Positions 25,631 through 34,370 of a stretch of DNA of 34,370 nt are shown here, in pieces. Location: the IMG/VR virus record IMGVR_UViG_3300028128_000191, positions 1 to 34,370 of that record; one strand, written 5' to 3'. Source of the stretch: a virus (lineage: Duplodnaviria > Caudoviricetes). The number at the start of each line of letters is the position of its first letter. Position 1 is the stretch's first letter. The notes beneath the pieces were generated by a model, which was not told where the DNA came from, made no database searches, and was given only the letters and a program-made list of their open reading frames with translations. The translations under genes were made by a program, and so were the position numbers.

Positions 25631-26317
25631 TTATTGAGCATCCTTCCTTGATGTGTATTTATCAGCTTCTATCTTGTAATATACATCGTAATTATTGTCA
25701 AATGTGTCTTTATTCTCATCAGACATGGTGTCCCATTCATGCTGTCTTTGTTGATCCCATCTGGTGGTTCCTGGACCACCTTGTGTTGATCCTTGTTGCT
25801 TGCCAATTGTACCGTTCCATTGTTTGGCTCTGAAGCGATCGAAACCCTCTAGTGCAGCAACATCAGCCTTGTCCAGTGGTTGATTGTCTTTCATTTTCTT
25901 CATGATGTGTTTTCTGACCGCCGCTTTGTATATATCCTCTCTTGTACCTATCATGGTGTCAGATGCCGAAGGTTCGTGTTCCTCTTCAGCTTGTTTGTAC
26001 GCGGGGTGTCTTTCTACGTCTGCTGGTGGCCTGGAATAAACAGCTTGTTGTTGTGGCATCATCTGCTTCCATTGATCGGAAACTTGCCGTTCCCATTTGC
26101 CCAATGGTGAGTCATCCTTGAAATAATTGACAAAAGCCTTCATGCCTTTGTCGATCACCCCTTTTTGTTGTTTCGCATCATCAGCATACCGAGACATCTT
26201 GTCATAAAAACTACTCTCCATGAAGGAATCCATCACCACCTCTGTGCGTGTTCTCTTATCTTGCTTCAAATATTCATCTGAAAGTATGTCTATAGCTTCA
26301 TCAAACCGTCTACCCAT
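25631..26317 (-). CDS. Hypothetical late protein
   Basis: 228-aa ORF, TATAAATA at 26323-26330, 5 nt from ATG. Confidence 0.7.
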   Translation of the reverse strand: MGRRFDEAIDILSDEYLKQDKRTRTEVVMDSFMESSFYDKMSRYADDAKQQKGVIDKGMKAFVNYFKDDSPLGKWERQVSDQWKQMMPQQQAVYSRPPADVERHPAYKQAEEEHEPSASDTMIGTREDIYKAAVRKHIMKKMKDNQPLDKADVAALEGFDRFRAKQWNGTIGKQQGSTQGGPGTTRWDQQRQHEWDTMSDENKDTFDNNYDVYYKIEADKYTSRKDAQ

Positions 26318-26321
26318 ACAT

Positions 26322-26906
26322 TTATTTATACAAAGCCCCTTTGATCTTCAAGTTATTCAAATAACCGGTGGTGATGTAATTCAATTGGTATTTGTTTGTA
26401 AACTTTTTAATTTTCTCCATGCTCATGCGCGAACAATCATGTGATGATCTCAGTTTGTTTATGGTCTCAATGTATTTACCTTTGTTTGTGTTGTAGTATT
26501 GTATGAACGTGTTGAACTTCACATCACCAACATGACACTTCACGGGTATCATCGACTTGAGATGTTTGAAGAAACGAGACATGAACAGTACAAACTCCGG
26601 TCTCCGGTCTGTTTTGATGCCTTTGCGAGTGCGTTTGTTGTCACATCTTTTAAAATCACATTTGATGTCTTTGTCACAATAGTATATAACCACTCTGTTG
26701 TTTGTTTTGTGACTGATTATGTTGTCACACGTGTGTTTTATCATGTGATAATAATATATTCGCTTGGTGTCTTGTTGTCTCACGTTGAGATCATGGAATT
26801 TTTCATATGTGAACAAGTCATCCACAATGTCTTTGTACGCTTGATTGAATATACATTCAAAATTGACAACTCTCAGTCCGTATTGGTTCAAATCTATGTG
26901 ATTCAC
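26322..26906 (-). CDS. Basic hypothetical protein
   Basis: 194-aa ORF, GTG start, fills the gap in the minus-strand block. Confidence 0.65.
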   Translation of the reverse strand: MNHIDLNQYGLRVVNFECIFNQAYKDIVDDLFTYEKFHDLNVRQQDTKRIYYYHMIKHTCDNIISHKTNNRVVIYYCDKDIKCDFKRCDNKRTRKGIKTDRRPEFVLFMSRFFKHLKSMIPVKCHVGDVKFNTFIQYYNTNKGKYIETINKLRSSHDCSRMSMEKIKKFTNKYQLNYITTGYLNNLKIKGALYK

Positions 26907-26922
26907 ACCTTAAAATAACATA

Positions 26923-27417
26923 TTATTTACATAACTGCAACAAAACATGTTTGTATTTTTCGAAAAACCCATCCATTGTGGTGATGTAGTGTTTTTTATA
27001 AGTAGAATAGTTCCGGTCTTTGAGTTTATCACATGACATGAACACTTGTTTTGAAAAACAAACGAACTTTCCTTGATTGTTTATTTTGAATATCAAAAAC
27101 CACACCTTCTCATCAGAGTACGATTGTTCAATCCAGTCATCCAATTGTTTGTTGGTTGTGTAAACTTTGGAAAATGAGAAATTCTTGTGACTTTTACACT
27201 CGATTTTCATTTTGTACATGTGATCAGGTGGTATTATGTCACCTTCCAACAACAATTTCTGTGATTTGGTCAGTCTTGCCAACACATCTGCATTCATCCC
27301 CCCGGTCATGGCACCACTGGTTGGTACTCTGGTGAAATTTGAGTCGAATATATCAGACAGATGCTTAGCAACATCGCGTTCCCATGCGTTACCTTTGGCT
27401 TTTTGTGGAGATGGCAT
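26923..27417 (-). CDS. Holliday-junction resolvase-like PD-(D/E)xK endonuclease
   Basis: KAKGNAWERDVA, RVPTSGA, GDI, IECK; TAAATA at 27423-27428, 5 nt from ATG. Confidence 0.8.
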   Translation of the reverse strand: MPSPQKAKGNAWERDVAKHLSDIFDSNFTRVPTSGAMTGGMNADVLARLTKSQKLLLEGDIIPPDHMYKMKIECKSHKNFSFSKVYTTNKQLDDWIEQSYSDEKVWFLIFKINNQGKFVCFSKQVFMSCDKLKDRNYSTYKKHYITTMDGFFEKYKHVLLQLCK

Positions 27418-27425
27418 ATTTGTAT

Positions 27426-27704
27426 TTACAAATCTCTACTCAAAGGTCTACGTTGCACTGGCATGAGCATGTTTGTGCCAATATCCTTTTGTTTGTTCTT
27501 GGTGGTTTGTTTTTTCTTTTTGCGCTTGCCACTGTCTGTCACGCTTCTACCATCTTTTGTTGCGTAAAAATCAGTCATGCCAACCGCACCACCATGACCC
27601 TCACCGTAATCACCAAAAACTCCTCCCCCTCCAGCGAGATTGTCCTCAGCTAACAATTTATTAAATGCACATTGAAACATATTGATTGACTTCTTGTTTG
27701 TCAT
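27426..27704 (-). CDS. Small Gly/Lys-rich hypothetical protein
   Basis: 92-aa ORF; start may be 27704 or 27680. Confidence 0.6.
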   Translation of the reverse strand: MTNKKSINMFQCAFNKLLAEDNLAGGGGVFGDYGEGHGGAVGMTDFYATKDGRSVTDSGKRKKKKQTTKNKQKDIGTNMLMPVQRRPLSRDL

Positions 27705-27714
27705 AGTATATAAT
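27686..27714 (+). promoter_or_regulatory. Sigma70-type promoter for the uvsY-uvsW-55-47-46 operon
   Basis: TTGACT-N17-TATAAT, 12 nt before ATG 27727. Confidence 0.8.
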
Positions 27715-27726
27715 TATTTATACTCT

Positions 27727-28122
27727 ATGGAGCAATTAGAAACATATATTAAAGAAATGGGTAATGATGTTGAGCTGGATGAATTCAATCTAAAAGATGT
27801 TCAATTGAAATTACCTGCATTAAAACACAAATGGGTGGGTAGATTGGTACGGCATCGCGGTGACTTGCAACGATACATCGCGAACAAAGACAATATCATA
27901 AGGGATGTGGCAAAAGAAGTGATGGAAACATCGACATATTCTGTGACATTACCAACTGCGATGAAAGCAGCAGAAAAGCATTCCAGAGTGAAGGATGTGA
28001 ATGAAAAAATTAAGGAGTGTAAGCTGATAATTGAATTTTTAGAGAAGGGTGAGCGTATTTTCAGTGGAATGTCTTTTGATATAAAGAACATAACGGAAAT
28101 AATGAAGCTTGAGACAATGTAA
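27727..28122 (+). CDS. uvsY: Recombination mediator UvsY-like
   Basis: LPALKHKW and FDIKNITE motifs, helical composition, directly before uvsW. Start moved to ATG 27727. Confidence 0.75.
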   Translation: MEQLETYIKEMGNDVELDEFNLKDVQLKLPALKHKWVGRLVRHRGDLQRYIANKDNIIRDVAKEVMETSTYSVTLPTAMKAAEKHSRVKDVNEKIKECKLIIEFLEKGERIFSGMSFDIKNITEIMKLETM

Positions 28123-29585
28123 TGGGATCGAGTCAAATAACTCTTGTATATGACACCAAGAAAAAGATGGCTCAATTGACCGGTGATCATTTTGATGAAA
28201 TACGTGAACATTTTTCTGTTGTGAATGATGCAGCTAAGTTCGCTAGGTTTAAAAACCGGTTTGTTCCGTCACGTAGGTACATGATCACACCACAGGGTCG
28301 ATTCGAGCCCGGTTTGTACACAGAGATCAAAAGATTCGTAAAAGAAAACGCCCCAGACACCAAGATAAACGTGGATGATGCGTTACGCAAGGTGGTGTAC
28401 CCTGGATTCAAACAAGCTTACGATGATACCCGTGTGAAACTAGCTTTGGACCTGAGAGATTATCAACAAAACATTGTGGATGTGTGTTTGAAAGCCGGTA
28501 GAGGTGTGACGATACTCGCAACTGCTGGTGGTAAGACATTGACAATAGCCAATTTGTTGGAATCGATACACAAGCATCAAAAATCTTTCAAATGTTTGGT
28601 GTTGGTTCCGGATCTAGGACTCGTGAACCAAACAAGCAGTGACTTTAGTGAGTATTGTGTTTCATATACTCATTCCAAATGGACAGGTAACAACAAATTG
28701 AATTTAGGAACCAACATCGTGATAGCCAACATGGGTATATTGCAGAGCGACAAATCAGATGTTGATTGGATACAAGATATAGATGTACTGATAGTGGATG
28801 AAGTTCATAAGTTGCGTAAAGATAACAAGATAAACAAATTGATTCGCAAAATATCCACACCACACAAGTTTGGTTTCACAGGTACCATGCCAGAACAACA
28901 GCTAGATCAATGGAACATAATTGGAAAGATAGGTCCGGTGTTGTATGAACGTAACAGTTTTCAGTTGAGACAACAAGACTATGTAGCCAAAGCAAAGATA
29001 CAAGTGTTGAAACTGGAATATAAGGACAAACCTCCGGTGTTTCCTAATGATAGGTACGATCCAACAGCAAGATTCCGTAGAGAACAAGAATTCATATCAA
29101 AAAACAAATTTAGAAACAGTATAATTACAAAATTGTCGGAAAACTTTAACAACAATTCACTGATAATGGTTGACAGGATTGATCATGGTGAGGAATTGTA
29201 TGGTATATTGTCATCCGCTTGCAAGAACAAACAAGTATTTTTTATACGTGGGGATGTTGCTGTGGATGAAAGAGACAAAGTGCGAGCTTTGATGGAGTCC
29301 AGTGATGATGTCATATGCATTGCCATATCAAAAATATTTTCCACAGGAATCAACATCAAAAATTTACACTATATAGTGTTCGCAGGCGGAGGTAAGGCCA
29401 AAGTAAAGATAATACAGAGTATAGGTAGAGGTTTACGCTTGCATAAGGGTAAAAAAGGTGTTATAATTATAGACATAGCAGATATGTTATACTATGGTAA
29501 TCAGCACTATATGAAAAGACTTAAATTATACAAAACCGAAAAAATAAAACATGGCGTCAAAAACCTCAAAGAAGAAAAAGGATAA
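28122..29585 (+). CDS. uvsW: SF2 DNA helicase UvsW
   Basis: LRDYQ, ATAGGKT, DEVH, TGT, FSTGINI, QSIGRGLR. Confidence 0.92.
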   Translation: MGSSQITLVYDTKKKMAQLTGDHFDEIREHFSVVNDAAKFARFKNRFVPSRRYMITPQGRFEPGLYTEIKRFVKENAPDTKINVDDALRKVVYPGFKQAYDDTRVKLALDLRDYQQNIVDVCLKAGRGVTILATAGGKTLTIANLLESIHKHQKSFKCLVLVPDLGLVNQTSSDFSEYCVSYTHSKWTGNNKLNLGTNIVIANMGILQSDKSDVDWIQDIDVLIVDEVHKLRKDNKINKLIRKISTPHKFGFTGTMPEQQLDQWNIIGKIGPVLYERNSFQLRQQDYVAKAKIQVLKLEYKDKPPVFPNDRYDPTARFRREQEFISKNKFRNSIITKLSENFNNNSLIMVDRIDHGEELYGILSSACKNKQVFFIRGDVAVDERDKVRALMESSDDVICIAISKIFSTGINIKNLHYIVFAGGGKAKVKIIQSIGRGLRLHKGKKGVIIIDIADMLYYGNQHYMKRLKLYKTEKIKHGVKNLKEEKG

Positions 29586-29991
29586 ACCGTATTACGTAAA
29601 TCCAAAAGAGTTTACTCAAGACATTATCAAGTACTATGATAGTGGTGATGATCAGATTGGTGAGCAACTTGGTACTAATATATTCAAGATAGCAACCGGA
29701 TTGAGCTATGCTCCTAATTTCATAAACTATTCGTACAAAGACGACATGGTTGGTGATGCTATTGTTAAGATGTTTTCGGCTCTGCAAAGTAAAAAATTTA
29801 ATATTGAATCCGGTAACAATCCATTTTCATATTTTACAACGATCGCGTTTCATGCGTTCATCAACAGAATCAAAAAGGAGAAAAAACAAAGACAGGTAGT
29901 GTCAGATTACCAAGAAATGGTTTACGAGGAATTGGCCTCTGAATATAATATGCAAACCAAGCCAGCTGAATCTGATTCTAATGAAACTTAA
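29551..29991 (+). CDS. gp55: T4-like late-transcription sigma factor gp55
   Basis: YVNPKEF, NFINYSYKDDMVGDA, NPFSYFTTIAFHAFINRIKKEKK. Confidence 0.92.
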   Translation: MASKTSKKKKDKPYYVNPKEFTQDIIKYYDSGDDQIGEQLGTNIFKIATGLSYAPNFINYSYKDDMVGDAIVKMFSALQSKKFNIESGNNPFSYFTTIAFHAFINRIKKEKKQRQVVSDYQEMVYEELASEYNMQTKPAESDSNET

Positions 29992-31036
29992 TATACAACA
30001 GCGCAAAGTTTGTTGTGTGTCCGACATACATGTTGGTGTGCATCAAAACTCCGCAAACTGGCATGATATAACACTTGAATGGGCGAGTTGGCTTACGAGT
30101 GAACTGAAATCTCATTCCATAACAGACATGATCATCTCCGGAGATTTGTTTCATTATAGAGATGAAATAGCTGTGAACACTATACATGTGGTGACTCAAA
30201 TGTTGAACATGTGGAAGGATTTCAACATAGTATTGTTGGTGGGTAATCATGATGCGTACTACAAGGATAAGTCAGACATAAACAGTCTGTCTATATTGAG
30301 TGGTTGGTCCAATATCACTGTGATATCTGAGCCCATGTTAACAGAAATATATGGCAAACAGGTGATGTTTTGTCCATGGGGTACATCTGTAGAGCAGATA
30401 CAAAAATGCGATACAATATTCGGTCATTTCGAGATTGAATCGTTCAAATTGAATCAACACAAAGTGTGTGACACAGGCATACGCAGTGGTGATTTGTTGT
30501 CCAGAGCACCTACAGTGATAACAGGTCACTTTCACTTGAGAGAAGAACGGTCATATAAGAATGGTAAAATTTTGTATCTGGGCAACCCGTATCAAATGGA
30601 TTTTGGTGATGTGAATGGAATCAAAGGGTACTATTTGTTCGATTTTCCAACACAAGAGTACACATTTTATCAAAACAATCTGTCTCCCACACATCAAAAG
30701 ATCAAACTATCAGATTTGATTAAAAAACAAACAATAACATCAGAGGTACGAGAGATCTTCAAGAACAACATAGTCAAATTGATTGTGGACCGGGTTGTAT
30801 CACCTGATGATATGGATGTGTTGTTGAGAAAATTTCTAGAATTGAAAGCAAATAGCATCACAGTGGATTATGATGTTAACTTTAACAAGTTTGGGTTGGA
30901 TGATGGTGAGAGTCATGATCTATCTGGTGTGGATATACCAGTTGCTATCGAAGAATTTGTGAACTTGCTTGAAGACATACCTAACAAACAAGATATAATA
31001 GAGTACACAGTTGATTTGTACGTGAGAAGCAGATGA
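29981..31036 (+). CDS. gp47: Recombination endonuclease subunit gp47 (Mre11/SbcD-like)
   Basis: SDIHVG, GDLFH, GNHD, GHFE, GHFH, YLGNPY. Confidence 0.93.
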   Translation: MKLNIQQRKVCCVSDIHVGVHQNSANWHDITLEWASWLTSELKSHSITDMIISGDLFHYRDEIAVNTIHVVTQMLNMWKDFNIVLLVGNHDAYYKDKSDINSLSILSGWSNITVISEPMLTEIYGKQVMFCPWGTSVEQIQKCDTIFGHFEIESFKLNQHKVCDTGIRSGDLLSRAPTVITGHFHLREERSYKNGKILYLGNPYQMDFGDVNGIKGYYLFDFPTQEYTFYQNNLSPTHQKIKLSDLIKKQTITSEVREIFKNNIVKLIVDRVVSPDDMDVLLRKFLELKANSITVDYDVNFNKFGLDDGESHDLSGVDIPVAIEEFVNLLEDIPNKQDIIEYTVDLYVRSR

Positions 31037-32847
31037 AATATGTAAATTTTAAAAGATTGGCAATCAAAAATTTTCTAAGTGTTGGAGAAGAACCTGTGGT
31101 TGTGGAGTTCAATTCAGGTTTGAACATCATAACTGGGCACAACAAGGATAAACTGGACAGACGCAATGGTGTTGGTAAGAGCACTGTAGCAGATGCAGTT
31201 TATTTTGCCATTTTTGGTAGCACATTACGTGAGCTCAAAAAGGATTTTATCGTCAACAACATAATACAGCGTAATTGTGAGGTGTGCTTGAACTTCACTG
31301 TGAATGTCGATGGAGTTGAGAGTGAATACAAGCTGATAAGACGATTGGCTCCATCAAAGTGTCTGTTGTACAGGGATGGTGAGGACATAACACGAGATTC
31401 TATATCCAACACCACACATTACTTGTGTGATTTGCTACACACCACACCAGAAGTGTTTCAAAATTGTGTTATAATGACTGTGAACAATGTGATACCGTTC
31501 ATGGCGAAAAAGAAACTTGAGAAACGAAAATTTATTGAAGGAATTTTCAACTTACAGGTGTTCAGCAACATGCTGAATAATGTACGTACAGAATATAACA
31601 ACATAAGTAAAAATCTAGATATAGAATGCGCAAAGTATGAAGAGATCTCGAACAGTATCAACTCTCTGAATCAACAAAAACAAAATCTAGAAAACAATCG
31701 GTTGAGAAACAAGATAAAGCTTGAGACGAGATTGGAAGCGTGTGATCAAGACATAGAATCTCAACAAAGTAAATTAGATTCAGCGGAGATTGTAGACATT
31801 TCTGAATTTACATCAAAGATTGACAGGATAGATTCAATACTTGAAGAGCTGAACACTAAAATACAGAAGATTGTGTCAATGAAAAGTAAATCTCAAGCCA
31901 TGATCGAGATGCAACATGAAAAATACAACAAGATGTGTTCAGATCACGACCAATGTCCGGTATGTTTGAACAAACTGGATGAATCACACAAGGATTATAT
32001 TGAAGAAGAAAAGCGTACCGTCAAACAACAAATAGATGAGCTGTCAGTGAAAAAGAAATCAGCTGATAATAAACTGAAGGAAGCAAACACCATCAGGACC
32101 ACTTTGATGTCAAAAAAGTCCAAGTTGAACGACAAGAAAACAGCCGCGAACATACAAAAAAGCAATATTGAAAACATCAAGCAGCGTCTTAAGCAATTGA
32201 AGTCGTTACACAAGGATATAACTGACGATCTCAAGTCGGTGGAAAATATAGACACAACATTAGATGAAAATATTAAAGATGTAACCACGCGTTTAGACGC
32301 AACACAAAAACAAATTGATGAGATAAAAGAAGAATTGTCAAAGCTTGATGTGATCAAGTTTATTGTGTCAGAAGAAGGTGTTAAATCATACATTGTGAAG
32401 AAGATTCTACAGTTGTTAAATTCAAAACTATCACATTATCTGAAAAAGATGGATAGTAATTGTATATGTGTGTTTAACGAGTATTTTGAAGAAGAGATTA
32501 TTGATGAGAAAGGCAAACAGTGTTCATATTTCAACTTCAGTGGAGCTGAGAGAAAAAATATAGACCTCGCTTGCCTGTTTGCGTTTATGGACATCAGAAG
32601 ATTACAAGGTGATGTGGCGTTCAATTTCAGTATGTATGACGAGTTGTTTGACAGTAGTTTAGATGAACGTGGTGTTGAGCTCGTTATAGATATTCTCAAA
32701 GAGAAAATCGAGAAGTATAATGAATGTATAATGGTGATCAGTCACCGCAAAGAGAGCACCAAAATGGCCACAGGAGAGATAATATTTTTAGAAAAACAAA
32801 ACGGGATCACTACTCGTGTAGCAACTCCAGAAACAGAACTTAAATAA
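31033..32847 (+). CDS. gp46: Recombination ATPase subunit gp46 (Rad50/SbcC-like)
   Basis: KNFLSVG, NGVGKST, coiled coil with CPVC zinc hook, FSGAE, YDELFD, ISH. Confidence 0.94.
   Translation: MKYVNFKRLAIKNFLSVGEEPVVVEFNSGLNIITGHNKDKLDRRNGVGKSTVADAVYFAIFGSTLRELKKDFIVNNIIQRNCEVCLNFTVNVDGVESEYKLIRRLAPSKCLLYRDGEDITRDSISNTTHYLCDLLHTTPEVFQNCVIMTVNNVIPFMAKKKLEKRKFIEGIFNLQVFSNMLNNVRTEYNNISKNLDIECAKYEEISNSINSLNQQKQNLENNRLRNKIKLETRLEACDQDIESQQSKLDSAEIVDISEFTSKIDRIDSILEELNTKIQKIVSMKSKSQAMIEMQHEKYNKMCSDHDQCPVCLNKLDESHKDYIEEEKRTVKQQIDELSVKKKSADNKLKEANTIRTTLMSKKSKLNDKKTAANIQKSNIENIKQRLKQLKSLHKDITDDLKSVENIDTTLDENIKDVTTRLDATQKQIDEIKEELSKLDVIKFIVSEEGVKSYIVKKILQLLNSKLSHYLKKMDSNCICVFNEYFEEEIIDEKGKQCSYFNFSGAERKNIDLACLFAFMDIRRLQGDVAFNFSMYDELFDSSLDERGVELVIDILKEKIEKYNECIMVISHRKESTKMATGEIIFLEKQNGITTRVATPETELK
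32841..32846 (+). promoter_or_regulatory. Late promoter TAAATA, 6 nt before ATG 32853
   Basis: TTAAATA-aaatat-ATG, overlapping the gp46 stop. Confidence 0.55.
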
Positions 32848-32852
32848 AATAT

Positions 32853-34091
32853 ATGTATACGTCTAAACAAGGAACAGTGCTGGGATCAATACTGGGTACC
32901 ACACCTAATTACATGCAACCTGGGCTTGTTCAACCACCAGCTCAACCTAAATCACAACCAATCACACCCAAATCTAAACCACGTGAGATGGATATACCAC
33001 GGGGGTTGAATTATTATGCAGACTTTAGTGGGTGTGGTCATTGGCGGATGATCTGGCCGGAGCAAATGTTAAATGCATATCAAAAAGCGATTGTACATGG
33101 AAGCACAGTGATGGTGACAGATCCAAAATATTATACTAATGTCAAGTGTGTTCGCATACAACGACAAGCCACACCAACACAAAAGAAATTTATAAAGTTT
33201 TTAACCGACCTGGGTAAAAAGATGGACTTTAAAGTTGTGTATGAGATAGACGACATTGTATTCTATGAAGATATACCCAAATACAACAAATTCCGGGGAG
33301 CGTTTGTTGATGATGATATTCGATCAGCGACTATCGACATGATGAGCATGTGTGATGAGATAACAGTCACATGTGACTTCATGAAACAATACTACATGGA
33401 CAAGACCGGTAATAAAAACATAACAGTCATACCTAATTATCCACCTCGAGCTTGGTTGGATCAATATGATGAGTTGACTGTGGAGAAAAATTACAGCAAA
33501 CGGAAGAAAAAACCTAGAGTGTTGTATGCAGGTAGTGGAGCACATTTTGATGTTGATAACAATGTAAACCAACAAGACGATTTCGGGCATGTTTGTGACA
33601 CTGTGTTGAAGACAATGAACAAATATCAATGGATATTTATCGGTGCGTTTCCAAGAAGATTGTCTCAATATGTCAAGCAAGGCAAAATAGAGTTTCACAA
33701 CTGGACATATTTAATGGATTATCCCAGGTTGGTACAGAAGGTCAAACCGAACGTGATGGTTGCACCACTTGCTGACAACAATTTTAATCGAGCCAAGAGT
33801 GATCTCAAATTTATTGAAGGTTGTGCTCTCGGTGCACCAGCAATTTGTCAGGATTTATGCACCTATGAAAATGCCTTTTTCAAATTCACCACTGGAGATG
33901 AGATGGTGGATCAAATTGACCATGTGATGAGCGATAAGAACTTTTACATGAAGCAAGTGCGAAAAGGTAGACAACATATAGAGACCAGATGGTTAGAGAA
34001 CCCTCAAAATCTCGATAAATACAAAGAGTTGTATACATTACCGTACGCAGATCCCAACAGGAAACTAATCAATAGTATCAATAGTTTTTAA
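32853..34091 (+). CDS. GT-B fold glycosyltransferase (GT4-like)
   Basis: GCGHWRMIWP, IQRQ, YEIDD, VIPN, YAGSGAH, APLADNNFNRAKSDLKFIE. Confidence 0.8.
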   Translation: MYTSKQGTVLGSILGTTPNYMQPGLVQPPAQPKSQPITPKSKPREMDIPRGLNYYADFSGCGHWRMIWPEQMLNAYQKAIVHGSTVMVTDPKYYTNVKCVRIQRQATPTQKKFIKFLTDLGKKMDFKVVYEIDDIVFYEDIPKYNKFRGAFVDDDIRSATIDMMSMCDEITVTCDFMKQYYMDKTGNKNITVIPNYPPRAWLDQYDELTVEKNYSKRKKKPRVLYAGSGAHFDVDNNVNQQDDFGHVCDTVLKTMNKYQWIFIGAFPRRLSQYVKQGKIEFHNWTYLMDYPRLVQKVKPNVMVAPLADNNFNRAKSDLKFIEGCALGAPAICQDLCTYENAFFKFTTGDEMVDQIDHVMSDKNFYMKQVRKGRQHIETRWLENPQNLDKYKELYTLPYADPNRKLINSINSF

Positions 34092-34370
34092 GATTGTCTT
34101 CAGGTTGTAGACAGTAGGTTTGCTCAGTTGTAGCTTCATGAGATCACGTGCCAACACCCACTTGTATGACTTGTGTTCGTCAGACAGAACAACCTTTATA
34201 ACACGTGGTCTGCATGTGTATAACCGAAACGTTTTTTCTTTGATTATTGTTTTGAGTTTCGATATTTTTATTTGAGTTTCTTCAAAAACCTCGCGTTTTG
34301 CTCCTTGTTTGAATGTTTCACTCAACTCTAAATGACCTCCAGGTAATTCCCACGTACAATCCCCCGCTCT
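34065..34370 (-). CDS. Nudix hydrolase (5' end outside window)
   Basis: Frame is open to the window edge: WELPGGHLELSETFKQGAKREVFEETQI (Nudix box), LSDEH. Confidence 0.9.
   Translation of the reverse strand, partial: RAGDCTWELPGGHLELSETFKQGAKREVFEETQIKISKLKTIIKEKTFRLYTCRPRVIKVVLSDEHKSYKWVLARDLMKLQLSKPTVYNLKTILKTIDTID

Noticed and set aside
26322-26906. Possible degenerate RNase H/flap-nuclease (PIN-like) fold
   Set aside because: Only a vague strand-helix pattern; the expected acidic catalytic residues could not be identified
9747-27726. Longer N-termini given by the track for 8955-9839, 10831-11172, 21643-21918 and 27682-28122 (also 1534-2388, 5166-5822)
   Set aside because: The extensions run through promoters or neighbouring genes; downstream ATGs fit promoter spacing, coupling or paralogue alignment better
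2808-33698. Many 60-140 aa antisense or alternate-frame ORFs (e.g. 4117-4443, 11139-11522, 16390-16782, 20007-20447, 26499-26918, 27801-28211, 31995-32393, 33324-33698)
   Set aside because: All overlap well-supported genes and show no motifs or promoter; they are typical shadow ORFs
10820-34100. Rho-independent terminators at convergent junctions (10830/10831, 21143-21146, 22542/22544, 34065-34091)
   Set aside because: Genes abut or overlap and I found no convincing GC hairpin with a U-tract by eye
1-34370. Bacterial chromosome or LPS locus interpretation
   Set aside because: gp55, uvsW, uvsY, gp46/47 and late promoter boxes spread across the whole window indicate a T4-like phage; no integrase or host junction is visible
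1-34370. Stop-codon reassignment
   Set aside because: Conserved genes are full-length in the standard code and end in TAA, TGA and TAG
1-34370. tRNAs, CRISPR arrays, introns, inteins, homing endonucleases, IS elements
   Set aside because: Intergenic gaps are only tens of bases, no repeat-spacer pattern or cloverleaf was seen, and core genes have normal length

Overview
This AT-rich, densely coding window comes from a large T4-like (myovirus-type) dsDNA phage, not a bacterial chromosome: it carries the uvsY-uvsW-gp55-gp47-gp46 core and many gp55-type TAAATA late promoters. From left to right: (1) a ~9.7 kb minus-strand glycan island with an NDP-sugar epimerase, a methyltransferase-like gene, an internally deleted ABO-type GT6, a GT11 fucosyltransferase, GT25, adjacent GT47 and GT64-like genes resembling a split EXT polymerase, two sulfotransferases and several GT-A enzymes; (2) phoH, a P-loop kinase-like gene and the 7-deazaguanine precursor genes queE, queD and folE; (3) a complete prkA(yeaG)-yeaH-spoVR(ycgB) operon, unexpected in a phage; (4) late hypothetical genes whose products share capsid-targeting-like N-termini, including a KxDG nucleotidyltransferase and a PD-(D/E)xK nuclease-like protein; (5) the recombination/late-transcription core, a GT-B glycosyltransferase and a partial Nudix gene. 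Most promoters sit 5-7 nt from an ATG, implying largely leaderless mRNAs. All family calls come from motif recognition by eye; no searches were run.
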